Virus record (IMG/VR): IMGVR_UViG_3300013121_000008 | Location: 1-64,000 of that record | DNA length: 64,000 bases | Source: a virus | Lineage: Duplodnaviria; Heunggongvirae; Uroviricota; Caudoviricetes | Strand: one strand, 5' to 3' | Shown: positions 55,134 through 64,000 of the stretch, one piece after another | Position numbering within the stretch: position 1 is the stretch's first letter | Layout: every line of letters starts with the position of its first letter | Notes under the pieces: model-generated | What the model was told of the DNA's origin: nothing | The model's input: the letters and a program-made list of their open reading frames with translations, nothing else | Database searches by the model: none | Translations under genes and position numbers: made by a program

Positions 55134-56441
55134 ATGTCAGTAACAAAAAATTATAACAGAAGTTTAAAAACCAGAAACGATTTAGCTCCAAGCTTAAATC
55201 CTTTAGTTTTTCTATCAAACCCAGTAGATAGACCAGTTGCTGGCTATACATCTATGATTCCTGCTCCATGGCTTCCTGTTGAGTGGCAAAGTGAAATCTC
55301 CAAAGATTGGTTTGTTATTTCATCGGGTAAAGTTGTAGCTTGGACTAGAGACGGATTTATCGTCCCTGCCGGTTTCAAATTAAGATGGGCCGCTTCAACA
55401 GGCGTTACCTACACTGCTAATGATTATGCAAACAAAACAATGGATATTACAACTGGTGCAGAGTACGCTACAAATGGTACTACTACATATTCAGTAGCTA
55501 ATATCACTACAGCCTTAAGAGCAAGAGGTTTAATCTTAGCTTCTGAGGATTGTGACGATTTCATTTCACAACCAGTTGGCGCTATTCTTTACGATGTATT
55601 TGCATTCGCTGGTGGACCTAACGGCTGGAACCCTGCTTTCTATAAGTTCCAAAACTATACAAAGCAACAAGGTGTTCAATTTACATCCGCATCACAAATA
55701 ATCCTGCCTATCGTGCCAGCATTACACGCTTCGGTTAGCGTTCCAGGTGCCTTAACAGGTGCTACCTTATCAGTTGGCTCAGGTAATATTTACAACGCTA
55801 CAAATACTTTAGCTGCAAATAGATACAGCGAAGCTACAAATACAGATATCGTTGCTTGGGCTATCGCAGACTACCCAATTGCTACAGATACAGATAGAAC
55901 TCCAGTAACTGGCTCCTCAACTGATTTCTTAGTTAGAGAAATTAAAGTAGATTTTGCTGCTGCCGCAACTTCAGAAGAAGCCTTGGGCGCCGCAATTGAC
56001 AGATTGACTACTGCTGGTGATTTCTTCATCGATTATGAAGCCGGTGTTATCTTCATTTACGCTGCTGGTGGAACTGCTATTCCTTCAAACGCTACTGGCG
56101 AAAGTATAACATTCTATTCATATGCTGCTGCTCCCGCTTCAGTAGAAAGATACACATGTATTGTGGGCAATCCTCATCCTGGAGATTGGTTAAAGGTTGA
56201 TTCAAATTCTAACTTCCAAGTCTGGACAACTTCTGACGCTGATACCGACAGAATTGCTAGAGTTCACAGAATAGAATTCGAACCAAAAGATTTACTTGAT
56301 AGAGTACAAACTGCTTGGAAAGGTAGTGAGTTCGGCGCAAAACAACAAATGACTGGTTCTGCTTCGAAAGGTTATAGCTCTACAGTAACTTATTCAAACG
56401 CTGCTGATAAAGTAGCCAGAATTGTGTTAAACATTAGATAA
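55134..56441 (+). CDS. major virion structural protein (capsid candidate 1)
   Basis: 435 aa, Ala/Thr/Gly-rich; GC and codon usage look like a highly expressed gene; adjacent to a second protein of similar size. Confidence 0.4.
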   Translation: MSVTKNYNRSLKTRNDLAPSLNPLVFLSNPVDRPVAGYTSMIPAPWLPVEWQSEISKDWFVISSGKVVAWTRDGFIVPAGFKLRWAASTGVTYTANDYANKTMDITTGAEYATNGTTTYSVANITTALRARGLILASEDCDDFISQPVGAILYDVFAFAGGPNGWNPAFYKFQNYTKQQGVQFTSASQIILPIVPALHASVSVPGALTGATLSVGSGNIYNATNTLAANRYSEATNTDIVAWAIADYPIATDTDRTPVTGSSTDFLVREIKVDFAAAATSEEALGAAIDRLTTAGDFFIDYEAGVIFIYAAGGTAIPSNATGESITFYSYAAAPASVERYTCIVGNPHPGDWLKVDSNSNFQVWTTSDADTDRIARVHRIEFEPKDLLDRVQTAWKGSEFGAKQQMTGSASKGYSSTVTYSNAADKVARIVLNIR

Positions 56442-56464
56442 TAAGGCAAAGGAGCTTATAAAAA

Positions 56465-57775
56465 ATGTATAAGTTTAAATTAAACGACGGAAAAGAACTA
56501 GAGTTACCAGTTGGTGAAGCTACTGATCCAAAAGCCAAGAAAAGAACTGCTGCTAAGTTCTTGGCAGACACTTGGAAAAATCACGGCTTTACTCCAGAAG
56601 GCGACTATTTAGAATTTGGTAAAATTGTAGACTTAATTTCTACTACAGAAATGTCTGAATTGTTACCTATTGCTACCGAATGGATCTTAAGAGAACCTGT
56701 TGAGCCAATATTAGCCATCACTAGTCTTTACACTAGAGTTATGGCAAAAGGTCTTAGCCAGAATATCGTTATGGGTGCTTTAGGTGCTATCGCTGCTGGC
56801 GATGCTGATGAAGGCGGTAACTACCCTGAAGTATCATTCGATACCGGCGGTGCCGTGACTACAGCTACCATCGGTAAAAGTGGTATTCAAGCCTCATTTA
56901 CTGATGAAGCTTTAAGATACATCCCATGGGATATCATGGCTATCCAATTAAGATTAATGAGACAAGCAGTCTTAAGACACACTGAATACAAAGCTATTAA
57001 ATTCTTATTGGCTATGGGTCAAGTCTTATTCGACAATGCTAATCCTACTTCATCTTTATTCGGTGTGACTACTGGTAGAGCAATGGACGGTTCAGCAAAC
57101 GGTTCATTAATCATGGACGATATTTTGACTGCCTATACTCACATGGTAGAAACTGGATACACTCCTGATACATTAGTTATGTCTCCTCAATTCTACTTTA
57201 TGTGGGTTAAAGATCCTGTATTGAAATACTTATTCATGGAAGGATCAGGAAGAGGCGTCTACTTTGCAACCTATACTGGTAATCCTGCTCCTCTTCCAAA
57301 TTGGAGTAACGGTGCTCTAGGCGCAATGGGTCCTTCAAATGGCTACAACGTAATTCCTATGGGTAACGCTGCTGGCGAAACTGCTACTGGATTAGAAGAA
57401 ACTTCTCCAGTTGCTAACTCTGCTCCAGTAATTCCTAACTACTTAGGTCTTCCATTAAGAATTATAGTCTCTCCATTGATGCCATACGATCCTACTACAA
57501 AATTAGGTCATATCTTCTTGGTTGCTTCTGGTAGAGTAGGTTATCACTTAATTGATGAAGAACCATCTACTACAGAATGGCGTGACGAAGATAGAGAATT
57601 AATCAAAGTCAAAATTAAGCAAAGAGATAGTTTTGCAGTTGTTGATGATGGAAACGGTATCTGTGTGTTCAGAAACGTAAAGAACGTTGAAAACTACTAC
57701 CACGGTCATGTTCAATTGACACAAACAGTTTCAGGACAAATTACTGAAATTGATCCAGACACTGCTGTAGTCTAA
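56465..57775 (+). CDS. major capsid protein candidate
   Basis: 436 aa; strong SD (AAGGAG) 7 nt upstream; the composition and size are typical of HK97-fold capsid proteins; followed by the hairpin GGGCCCCTGAGGCCC. Confidence 0.45.
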   Translation: MYKFKLNDGKELELPVGEATDPKAKKRTAAKFLADTWKNHGFTPEGDYLEFGKIVDLISTTEMSELLPIATEWILREPVEPILAITSLYTRVMAKGLSQNIVMGALGAIAAGDADEGGNYPEVSFDTGGAVTTATIGKSGIQASFTDEALRYIPWDIMAIQLRLMRQAVLRHTEYKAIKFLLAMGQVLFDNANPTSSLFGVTTGRAMDGSANGSLIMDDILTAYTHMVETGYTPDTLVMSPQFYFMWVKDPVLKYLFMEGSGRGVYFATYTGNPAPLPNWSNGALGAMGPSNGYNVIPMGNAAGETATGLEETSPVANSAPVIPNYLGLPLRIIVSPLMPYDPTTKLGHIFLVASGRVGYHLIDEEPSTTEWRDEDRELIKVKIKQRDSFAVVDDGNGICVFRNVKNVENYYHGHVQLTQTVSGQITEIDPDTAVV

Positions 57776-57809
57776 TCAAGCTTAGTGATTAGATTTGAAT
57801 TAGGGCCCC

Positions 57810-57833
57810 TGAGGCCCTAATTTTATATGGAGA
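57810..57833 (+). terminator. putative intrinsic terminator after capsid gene
   Basis: TTAGGGCCCCTGAGGCCCTAATTTTAT: perfect GC hairpin followed by a T-run. Confidence 0.5.
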
Positions 57834-57995
57834 TTAGATAAATGAAATTCTTTCAAAATGATTTCGAAGTTTTTGAAATTGAACCATCAATGAGCCTTGA
57901 AGGTGACTCCTTTCAGTTAAAAAATATGTTTTCTAAAATTGAATATGAAGAAGAGACAGTTGTATTATTAAAAGATAAAGAGGAACTAGAAAAAG

Positions 57996-59087
57996 ATGGC
58001 TCCAACAGTAAGTAATATATATCCTTCCGATACAGCTACCGGTGTTCCTATTGGTATTGATATACTAATTACTTTTGACTCAGAAATCGATGAAGAGACA
58101 GCACGCAATAATATAATGGTTTTTGGTGCCGATTTCGATGAAACCTCGGGTCCTGATTCCGTAAAATGGGTAGACCCAGCTATCGGTTATAATCCTTATT
58201 TCTTAAATTCTCCTGGCTTTAACGGTGATTTGAGATATGATATGTATTTCGAGCTATTGAATTCTGATAATACTGTTTTCTCGGGGTTAGATTATGAGTC
58301 TGGATCCCCTAATTACAAAACAAGAGTAAGAATTAAACCCAAAAAGCCTTTAGCTCCAAGCACTATCTATAAAGTTTACGTTATTGGAAATTCAGACTCT
58401 TCTGATGGTGTAATTAGAGGGATAGCTTCCAGAACTGTTTATTCTACTACTTTCGGAGCAAATTTAGGTTCTGGAAACTGTGTGTTTCGCGGAGGCTACA
58501 GAGGAGACACAGAAGATACAGTTACTATAGAGATAACTGAAGCCGGTAATATTGGAACTGCAGAGTATATATGGTATTTAGCGTCCAATCCTTCATTGGT
58601 TTATAGTGGAGTTACTTCTAGAAAATACAGAAGTCTTACCGATATGAATATCGATGTTAGATTTACTGGAAGTGATTTTAATGTTGGGGATAAATTTTCT
58701 GTTAAAATATATCCTCCAGAGTATATGGAAGATTCTTTTCTATACTCCTTTACTACTGGAACTGGAAATATATCAGCTATACCAACCACTACAAGCACTT
58801 CTGTGTTGGGAGATATAGCTACTTCTTCTGAGATTACTGATGAGTTTGAAGTAACGTATACTGATCCAGAAACCCAAGCAATGAAACAGAGCATTAATAT
58901 AAGAGTTATTAAGGTTGTTTTCAGCAACAATATAGATGCTTCGACAATAAATGATAAAACTGTTAAAGTTGAAGCTACTTCTGCTGTTGGTTACGATCCA
59001 ACAACTACAAATCTAGGAAAACTTAATAAATTCTTATATGTTGATGGTAAAAACCTATATATCTTACTACAGACTGGAGAAGAATAA
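57996..59087 (+). CDS. virion structural protein (possible head decoration / Ig-like)
   Basis: 363 aa, Thr/Ser/Gly-rich beta-type composition. Confidence 0.4.
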   Translation: MAPTVSNIYPSDTATGVPIGIDILITFDSEIDEETARNNIMVFGADFDETSGPDSVKWVDPAIGYNPYFLNSPGFNGDLRYDMYFELLNSDNTVFSGLDYESGSPNYKTRVRIKPKKPLAPSTIYKVYVIGNSDSSDGVIRGIASRTVYSTTFGANLGSGNCVFRGGYRGDTEDTVTIEITEAGNIGTAEYIWYLASNPSLVYSGVTSRKYRSLTDMNIDVRFTGSDFNVGDKFSVKIYPPEYMEDSFLYSFTTGTGNISAIPTTTSTSVLGDIATSSEITDEFEVTYTDPETQAMKQSINIRVIKVVFSNNIDASTINDKTVKVEATSAVGYDPTTTNLGKLNKFLYVDGKNLYILLQTGEE

Positions 59088-60091
59088 TGTCTAGATCTGT
59101 TTTAGCGGGCGAAACTATAAATCTTTACTGTGAAGTCTATTCTTTTGATACGACTGGCAATAAAGTTTTAACTGATCCGGATTCTACTCCCATAGTATCC
59201 ATATTCGATGCTTTTCATGACCCGAGAGAGTCTTCTACTGATTTAGTTACTGATGCATTAGTTTATAGAGCAAATGCTACAAGGGTGACTACTGGAGTTT
59301 ATTATTACTCCTATACTCCCGCCGCATCTGCAATGACTAATTATTGGTTTGATTACTGGGAGATTACTTTGGATTCTGTATCTGGAACTGCTGCTATGCA
59401 GTTCTATGTTATTGGAGAAGAAGCTGGCACAACTCCTTTAGGTAATAATATGTTGGTTGAAATTACCTTAGATGAAAATATATCTGATACTAATGGTAAT
59501 TCTTTGGGTGCTGATTATGTATTTTGGTTTACAACCGAATTCGATCCAATGTATTCAGATCCCAAACTGGTTAGACTATACGCAGGAAACTGGGTGAACG
59601 GCATTCCGGATGAAACTCTTTTCTTAATGCTTTATGAGTCCTCTAAACTTGCTGATGATATCACTCCTACCGGTATATGCATTAATACCTCTCTTTATAA
59701 TAATGCTAGAACAAGATTTGTAACTTTAGATTCTATATTTAGATTACTCTCTATTCCTGTTAACCAGGGAGGTATGACAAAATCACTAGGAGATTTGTTA
59801 GTGAAAAGAGGTGAAGCCTCTTTTATGAATATGTTAGATAGAGCAGCCAAAGAAAGACTAGAATGGAGACGCGTGGTAAATTCAGGTGGCAATATAGGCC
59901 CTGGAGAGTCATATGCGCCTATTTCTGTTGTCAAGGGAGCTAGAGATCCAGATAGACTTAATGCGGGCCGTAGATGGCTTAAACCGGGGAGAAATGATAC
60001 ACCTGGGGTCAATGGTAGAGTATCTTTAAGTGGAAATAGATTACAAAGATATTTCTATATAGAAGATAGCAATAATGAGGATTACGATTAA
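59087..60091 (+). CDS. hypothetical structural protein (neck/head-tail region)
   Basis: 334 aa. Confidence 0.4.
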   Translation: MSRSVLAGETINLYCEVYSFDTTGNKVLTDPDSTPIVSIFDAFHDPRESSTDLVTDALVYRANATRVTTGVYYYSYTPAASAMTNYWFDYWEITLDSVSGTAAMQFYVIGEEAGTTPLGNNMLVEITLDENISDTNGNSLGADYVFWFTTEFDPMYSDPKLVRLYAGNWVNGIPDETLFLMLYESSKLADDITPTGICINTSLYNNARTRFVTLDSIFRLLSIPVNQGGMTKSLGDLLVKRGEASFMNMLDRAAKERLEWRRVVNSGGNIGPGESYAPISVVKGARDPDRLNAGRRWLKPGRNDTPGVNGRVSLSGNRLQRYFYIEDSNNEDYD

Positions 60092-60630
60092 TGAATTTGT
60101 ATCCTAGTTCAAAAATAGAATTAGATTTAAGACAAGAACTAATAGATATGTTTCATGGAACCTCTGGTGAGATTCCTAAGAAAAAGAAATTCCTTTTAAG
60201 AAGAATGAGAAGGGATTCTAATAATTCTTTAATTGAATGTTCTTGTCTGTCGTCCATCACTAAAGAACCAGATACAGAAGACGAGTGCATCTTCTGTTTA
60301 GGTGAGGGATATTATTGGGATGAGATTTGGATCTACGGTTATTCAAGAATAAACGATACAGTAGCTCATTTATCTAATAAAAGAATAGCCGTTCAACCAG
60401 GAAGAGTTAGCACATATGAAAAAATATTTTATTTTGAATACGATAAAATAATAACTAAAGAGGATAAAATAATTGAATTAAAACTTGATTATGATGGAGA
60501 AATTTCAGTACCCTATAAGAGAAATTATATTTATATGCCAGAAACAATTCTGGAATTAAGAAGTGATTTTGGAAGAATAGAGTTTATTGTTGTATATACA
60601 AGTGAAAATCCCGCGGTAAGAACTAGATAA
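60091..60630 (+). CDS. hypothetical structural protein with CxxC...CxxC
   Basis: 179 aa; LIECSCLSS...ECIFCLGEG. Confidence 0.4.
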   Translation: MNLYPSSKIELDLRQELIDMFHGTSGEIPKKKKFLLRRMRRDSNNSLIECSCLSSITKEPDTEDECIFCLGEGYYWDEIWIYGYSRINDTVAHLSNKRIAVQPGRVSTYEKIFYFEYDKIITKEDKIIELKLDYDGEISVPYKRNYIYMPETILELRSDFGRIEFIVVYTSENPAVRTR

Positions 60631-61358
60631 TGAGTAATTTATTTGTTGATATAAATACAGAGCTAATAGAAGCTGCCGAAAAGGACGTAACTTTTTTGAT
60701 AGAAGACGGTGACGGTCAATTAAGATCTTTCAACGTAAATGTTCCTCCTAAATTTGAAAATCCATACAGAATAGATCTTAATCAATTCATTCCTCAAACA
60801 AAAGTATTTAATTTAGATCGTTTTTTTGAACTTGCTTTGCAACTAATTAATAAGGAATCAAATAATTCAGTAAGTTTTGTAGAGGAATACCCACCACAAG
60901 ATATGGAAAGTTTAGGTAAAGAAGTAATTACATTCAGATTAATCAAAAGAGAACCGGCTGCTATGAGCGCCGATGCTACAACCAGAAAACAAAAAGGATT
61001 TAGAAATTATTACGATACCAAAGAAAGCAATTACGGTGATAACGTAATACAAATATACAATAGACCTTTGGATCACGAAATAGAGTTTAGTATTTGGGCA
61101 GTTTCAAATAAGTTAGCAAACAAAAGAGCTATTTGGTTAGAAGATTTATTCGTTAAACATAAATGGGTTTTTACTTCAGAAGGCGCCGATAGATTCTTTT
61201 TTGAAAGAAGATTACAAGATGGCTATTTATTAGTCGGAAAACAAAAATTATTTTACAGACCTCTAAGATTTTCACTAAGATTTAATGATTTTATGATTAG
61301 AGCTAATTACGAAATAAAAGATATAGAGATCGCTTTGAATTTAAAATCGGAGATATAA
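60630..61358 (+). CDS. hypothetical structural protein (tail-completion candidate)
   Basis: 242 aa immediately upstream of the sheath gene. Confidence 0.4.
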   Translation: MSNLFVDINTELIEAAEKDVTFLIEDGDGQLRSFNVNVPPKFENPYRIDLNQFIPQTKVFNLDRFFELALQLINKESNNSVSFVEEYPPQDMESLGKEVITFRLIKREPAAMSADATTRKQKGFRNYYDTKESNYGDNVIQIYNRPLDHEIEFSIWAVSNKLANKRAIWLEDLFVKHKWVFTSEGADRFFFERRLQDGYLLVGKQKLFYRPLRFSLRFNDFMIRANYEIKDIEIALNLKSEI

Positions 61359-63257
61359 ATGGCATACGATAGTGTTCCACAAATTTCAGCAAGATATTTA
61401 GACGGTAATTTTGATATTATCGCTGCAACCTCACAACCTTCAGTTTTGGTTTTAGGAACCGCTACAGATGGAAGAACTGACTCTCTTTACAGAGTTGGCT
61501 CTATTAGTCAAGCCTCCGCAGAATTCAAAAACACTGGTACTCTTATTAAGGGTTTATATGAAGTTTCTGTTGCTGGTGCCAACAATGTTTGGCTTAGAAG
61601 ATTAGCAACAGGTACTCCAGCCGTTTTAACTGGTGTCGGTTCCGATGATGGTTCGGACGGTATTACAATTACTACAGTTCAAGAGGATAATGATGCCGGC
61701 GATAGATACTCTATTTGGTTTACTGCTTCCGATGGTAGATTAGCTATCTATGATAACGAAGACGAAGAATGGATTTACGATACCGCCGAAATATTAGCTA
61801 TTGATACTGGCTTAATCAGTGTTGAAGGTGTTCACGTATTAGGCGAAGGCGTTGACATTGGAACTCAATCAGGCCCTGTAGCCATGAGTGAATGTGAAGA
61901 TATTGATGTAGCTTTATCTTACACTGCCGGAACAGATGGAGATGCTCCTTCTTTCATGGAGTTATATGAAGCACTTGAAGAAGCTTATGAAGAACTCGAT
62001 TGGCAAAAATTAGACTTCATCGTTCCAATGAAAGCGACATTAGATGCTCCAAATATTGAAACATTAACTTCTTCACAAATTACCACATTAGGATTAGACG
62101 GTTTAACTGATTACCCTACTGCCGGTGGCACAAAAGATTATCTTGGTCGTCTTTTCAAACAAGAATACAACGGTAGTTATTACTACTGGTGGGATATGGA
62201 TAATGATGGTGTTGCTGAAATCTATCCATCAGTCGGTTCTGCTTCCGCAACCACTGATATAGATGGAGAAACACTAACAAGCTCTGATTTTCACGAAGTT
62301 AATTTCGCTTATCAATTAGCAGAGTTTTGTAGAAAAGCTTCTACTACATGGCACACCTGTATTGGTTTCGTCGGAGTAGAAGGACCAGACGGTTTCGATA
62401 AGGCTTCTTTGGCTGCATGGATTGGTAAACTTCCTACATATACAGAAATGAACGATGGTTCTATCGTGGTCTCTACGACCGCTAATAACGGAACTGGCTT
62501 ACTTGGAAATAAATTCCTTGCTGGCAAAAAAGATTTCAGAGGTTCTGTAAAAGATGGTGGTTTTATCAAAACTGATAGTGGATTCTTAGACGGCACAGAA
62601 GAATTAGACGCAAACAATAGAGTAATTGATATTGGTAAACACATTGTAATCGCTCCTATGTACTGGGTTCACGTAAATAAATATGTATCTCCAACCTCAA
62701 CTTTAGGTAGACCAGTTCCATATCTAGGTGGAACCGCTACAACTATTGCTGGTAAATATGCTACATTGATCGAATCAGAAGAAGCTAATGGCTTGAATGG
62801 TTTACTCAAAGGTGGTAGATTGGACGGTATAAAGATTCCTGGTAGATTACTTAGTGCCCTAAATAGTATAAGATACGTTTGTATTAAAACTGAGCCTCCA
62901 GTCGGTATCGTTGCCTCTGGCTCCAAGACCGCTGCTAGACCAGAAAGTGATTATGCAAAGATTTCTACTATTAGATCAGTGAATCGTGAATTAAGAGGAT
63001 TAAGATCTATCTTATTCAAATTCCAAGGTAAACCTTTTAATCCTACTACAGAATCGTCTATTTCTACTCTTACTGATTCTTTCTTGTCATCTGAAAGAGA
63101 GATAGGCATAAACAATGGAGCTAGATTCTACTTGACCTCTACTCAAGCTCAGAGAATACTTGGACAATTGAAAGGTAAATTGAAAATGGTCCCACCATTG
63201 GCAATCGAATCAATTGATATCGAAGTAAGTCTTACTGACGATCCCTCTACTTTATAA
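61359..63257 (+). CDS. tail sheath protein
   Basis: 632 aa; N-terminus SVPQISARYLDG...SQPSVLVLGTATDG...YRVGSISQASAEFKN follows the contractile-sheath N-terminal pattern; a tube-sized gene follows directly. Confidence 0.55.
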   Translation: MAYDSVPQISARYLDGNFDIIAATSQPSVLVLGTATDGRTDSLYRVGSISQASAEFKNTGTLIKGLYEVSVAGANNVWLRRLATGTPAVLTGVGSDDGSDGITITTVQEDNDAGDRYSIWFTASDGRLAIYDNEDEEWIYDTAEILAIDTGLISVEGVHVLGEGVDIGTQSGPVAMSECEDIDVALSYTAGTDGDAPSFMELYEALEEAYEELDWQKLDFIVPMKATLDAPNIETLTSSQITTLGLDGLTDYPTAGGTKDYLGRLFKQEYNGSYYYWWDMDNDGVAEIYPSVGSASATTDIDGETLTSSDFHEVNFAYQLAEFCRKASTTWHTCIGFVGVEGPDGFDKASLAAWIGKLPTYTEMNDGSIVVSTTANNGTGLLGNKFLAGKKDFRGSVKDGGFIKTDSGFLDGTEELDANNRVIDIGKHIVIAPMYWVHVNKYVSPTSTLGRPVPYLGGTATTIAGKYATLIESEEANGLNGLLKGGRLDGIKIPGRLLSALNSIRYVCIKTEPPVGIVASGSKTAARPESDYAKISTIRSVNRELRGLRSILFKFQGKPFNPTTESSISTLTDSFLSSEREIGINNGARFYLTSTQAQRILGQLKGKLKMVPPLAIESIDIEVSLTDDPSTL

Positions 63258-63272
63258 TTAAAAGGATAAACA

Positions 63273-63920
63273 ATGGCTTCTAATACTTCTTTTCAATTAG
63301 CTAGAACATTCACTACTTTCGCGGGTGTTGACATTAGCGTTGTCTTCGGCACCGAACTTATAGGTGAAATGCAAGCTCTCTCATTTGCCGTGCAAAGAGA
63401 AAAGGCTCCTCTCTACGTTTTAGGTAGAGTAGATCCTTTGGCATTTGCTAGAGGTAAAAGAGGTATTGCTGGAACTCTTATTTCGTTGCTTTTAGACGAG
63501 CATATTTTATTCAAGAGATTTGCAGATTCTTACTTCGTTGCAGATAATTCAGAAATTCAACCAAATGTTTCTAATAAGTTAGATGTGACTAATGGTTCTT
63601 TAGACACTGTTGGCTCTACAGTCTTCGTGCCTAACGACTTATCACAAAACTTTACAGTAACTAATGCATGGTACGTAGATCAATTACCTCCTATTGACAC
63701 AGCTATTGTTGCCGTTAATGAATATGGTTCTGCCGCCACCATGAGAATATTGGGTATGGAAATTTTGAATGAAGGTTCGGGTTTCTCAATTGACGATACG
63801 ACTATTGAAGATCAAATGACATATGTAGCAAGAACTATTCTTCCATGGCAAAGACTTGGTATGTGGGGTAGCTCAGGTGATACATCCTTGACATCTACTA
63901 GTAGATTTATTCCAGCTTAA
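63273..63920 (+). CDS. tail tube protein
   Basis: 215 aa ORF immediately after the sheath gene (the canonical sheath-tube order). Confidence 0.45.
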   Translation: MASNTSFQLARTFTTFAGVDISVVFGTELIGEMQALSFAVQREKAPLYVLGRVDPLAFARGKRGIAGTLISLLLDEHILFKRFADSYFVADNSEIQPNVSNKLDVTNGSLDTVGSTVFVPNDLSQNFTVTNAWYVDQLPPIDTAIVAVNEYGSAATMRILGMEILNEGSGFSIDDTTIEDQMTYVARTILPWQRLGMWGSSGDTSLTSTSRFIPA

Positions 63921-64000
63921 TTTATTATAATTAAGTTTTTGGAGCAAGATGTTTTACTCGTATTCGGGATCAGATTTTTCTTGCGCGGCTTTCTTTAGTC

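Noticed and set aside
1-64000. Stop-codon reassignment as explanation for ORF-free gaps
   Set aside because: Sampled gap regions contain TAA, TGA and TAG in all frames. The long structural ORFs are uninterrupted under the standard code.
1-64000. CRISPR arrays, integrase/transposase genes, rRNA genes
   Set aside because: No regularly spaced direct repeats with unique spacers and no recombinase or rRNA signatures were seen. The only tandem arrays are the GGTATTT iterons and a two-copy GTTGCTGGTTGTT repeat at 42548-42575.

Overview
This window reads as a large tailed-phage (myovirus-like) genome segment with three compositionally distinct parts.

(1) 1-28,100: AT-rich arm, transcribed almost entirely on the minus strand.
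- It carries a dense tRNA set (at least 14 tRNA or tRNA-like genes).
- It carries RNA-maintenance enzymes: an RlaP-like nucleotidyltransferase, a CCA-adding enzyme head domain, a SpoU methyltransferase and a mini-RNase III.
- It carries an NAD+ salvage / ADP-ribose-processing cluster: NadV (NAMPT), NatV (NMNAT-Nudix), NADAR, DUF4326, a SLOG-like protein and a Macro domain.
- Other recognisable genes: SSB, an SPFH/prohibitin-like lipoprotein, a dCMP-deaminase-like gene with no canonical start, and a type IV pilin-like gene.

(2) 28,100-43,400: a GC-rich island, also coded on the minus strand.
- It contains two tRNAs and a tRNA-Leu(UAA) split by a roughly 257-nt group I intron (29898..30239).
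- It contains long stretches with no ORFs.
- The rest is an array of small genes. Each is preceded by the same cassette: GC hairpin, a T-rich box (TTTTCCTTTTAACTGG), a second variable hairpin, then SD and ATG. There are at least 10 copies.
- It also contains two pairs of paralogous proteins and an iteron-like tandem repeat.

(3) 43,500-64,000: AT-rich arm on the plus strand, a structural/packaging module.
- Recognisable genes: an SNase-domain protein, large terminase, portal and capsid candidates, tail sheath and tail tube.

No CRISPR array, rRNA or integrase/transposase was recognised. All calls rest on reading motifs by eye, so coordinates of RNA features are approximate to a few nt.
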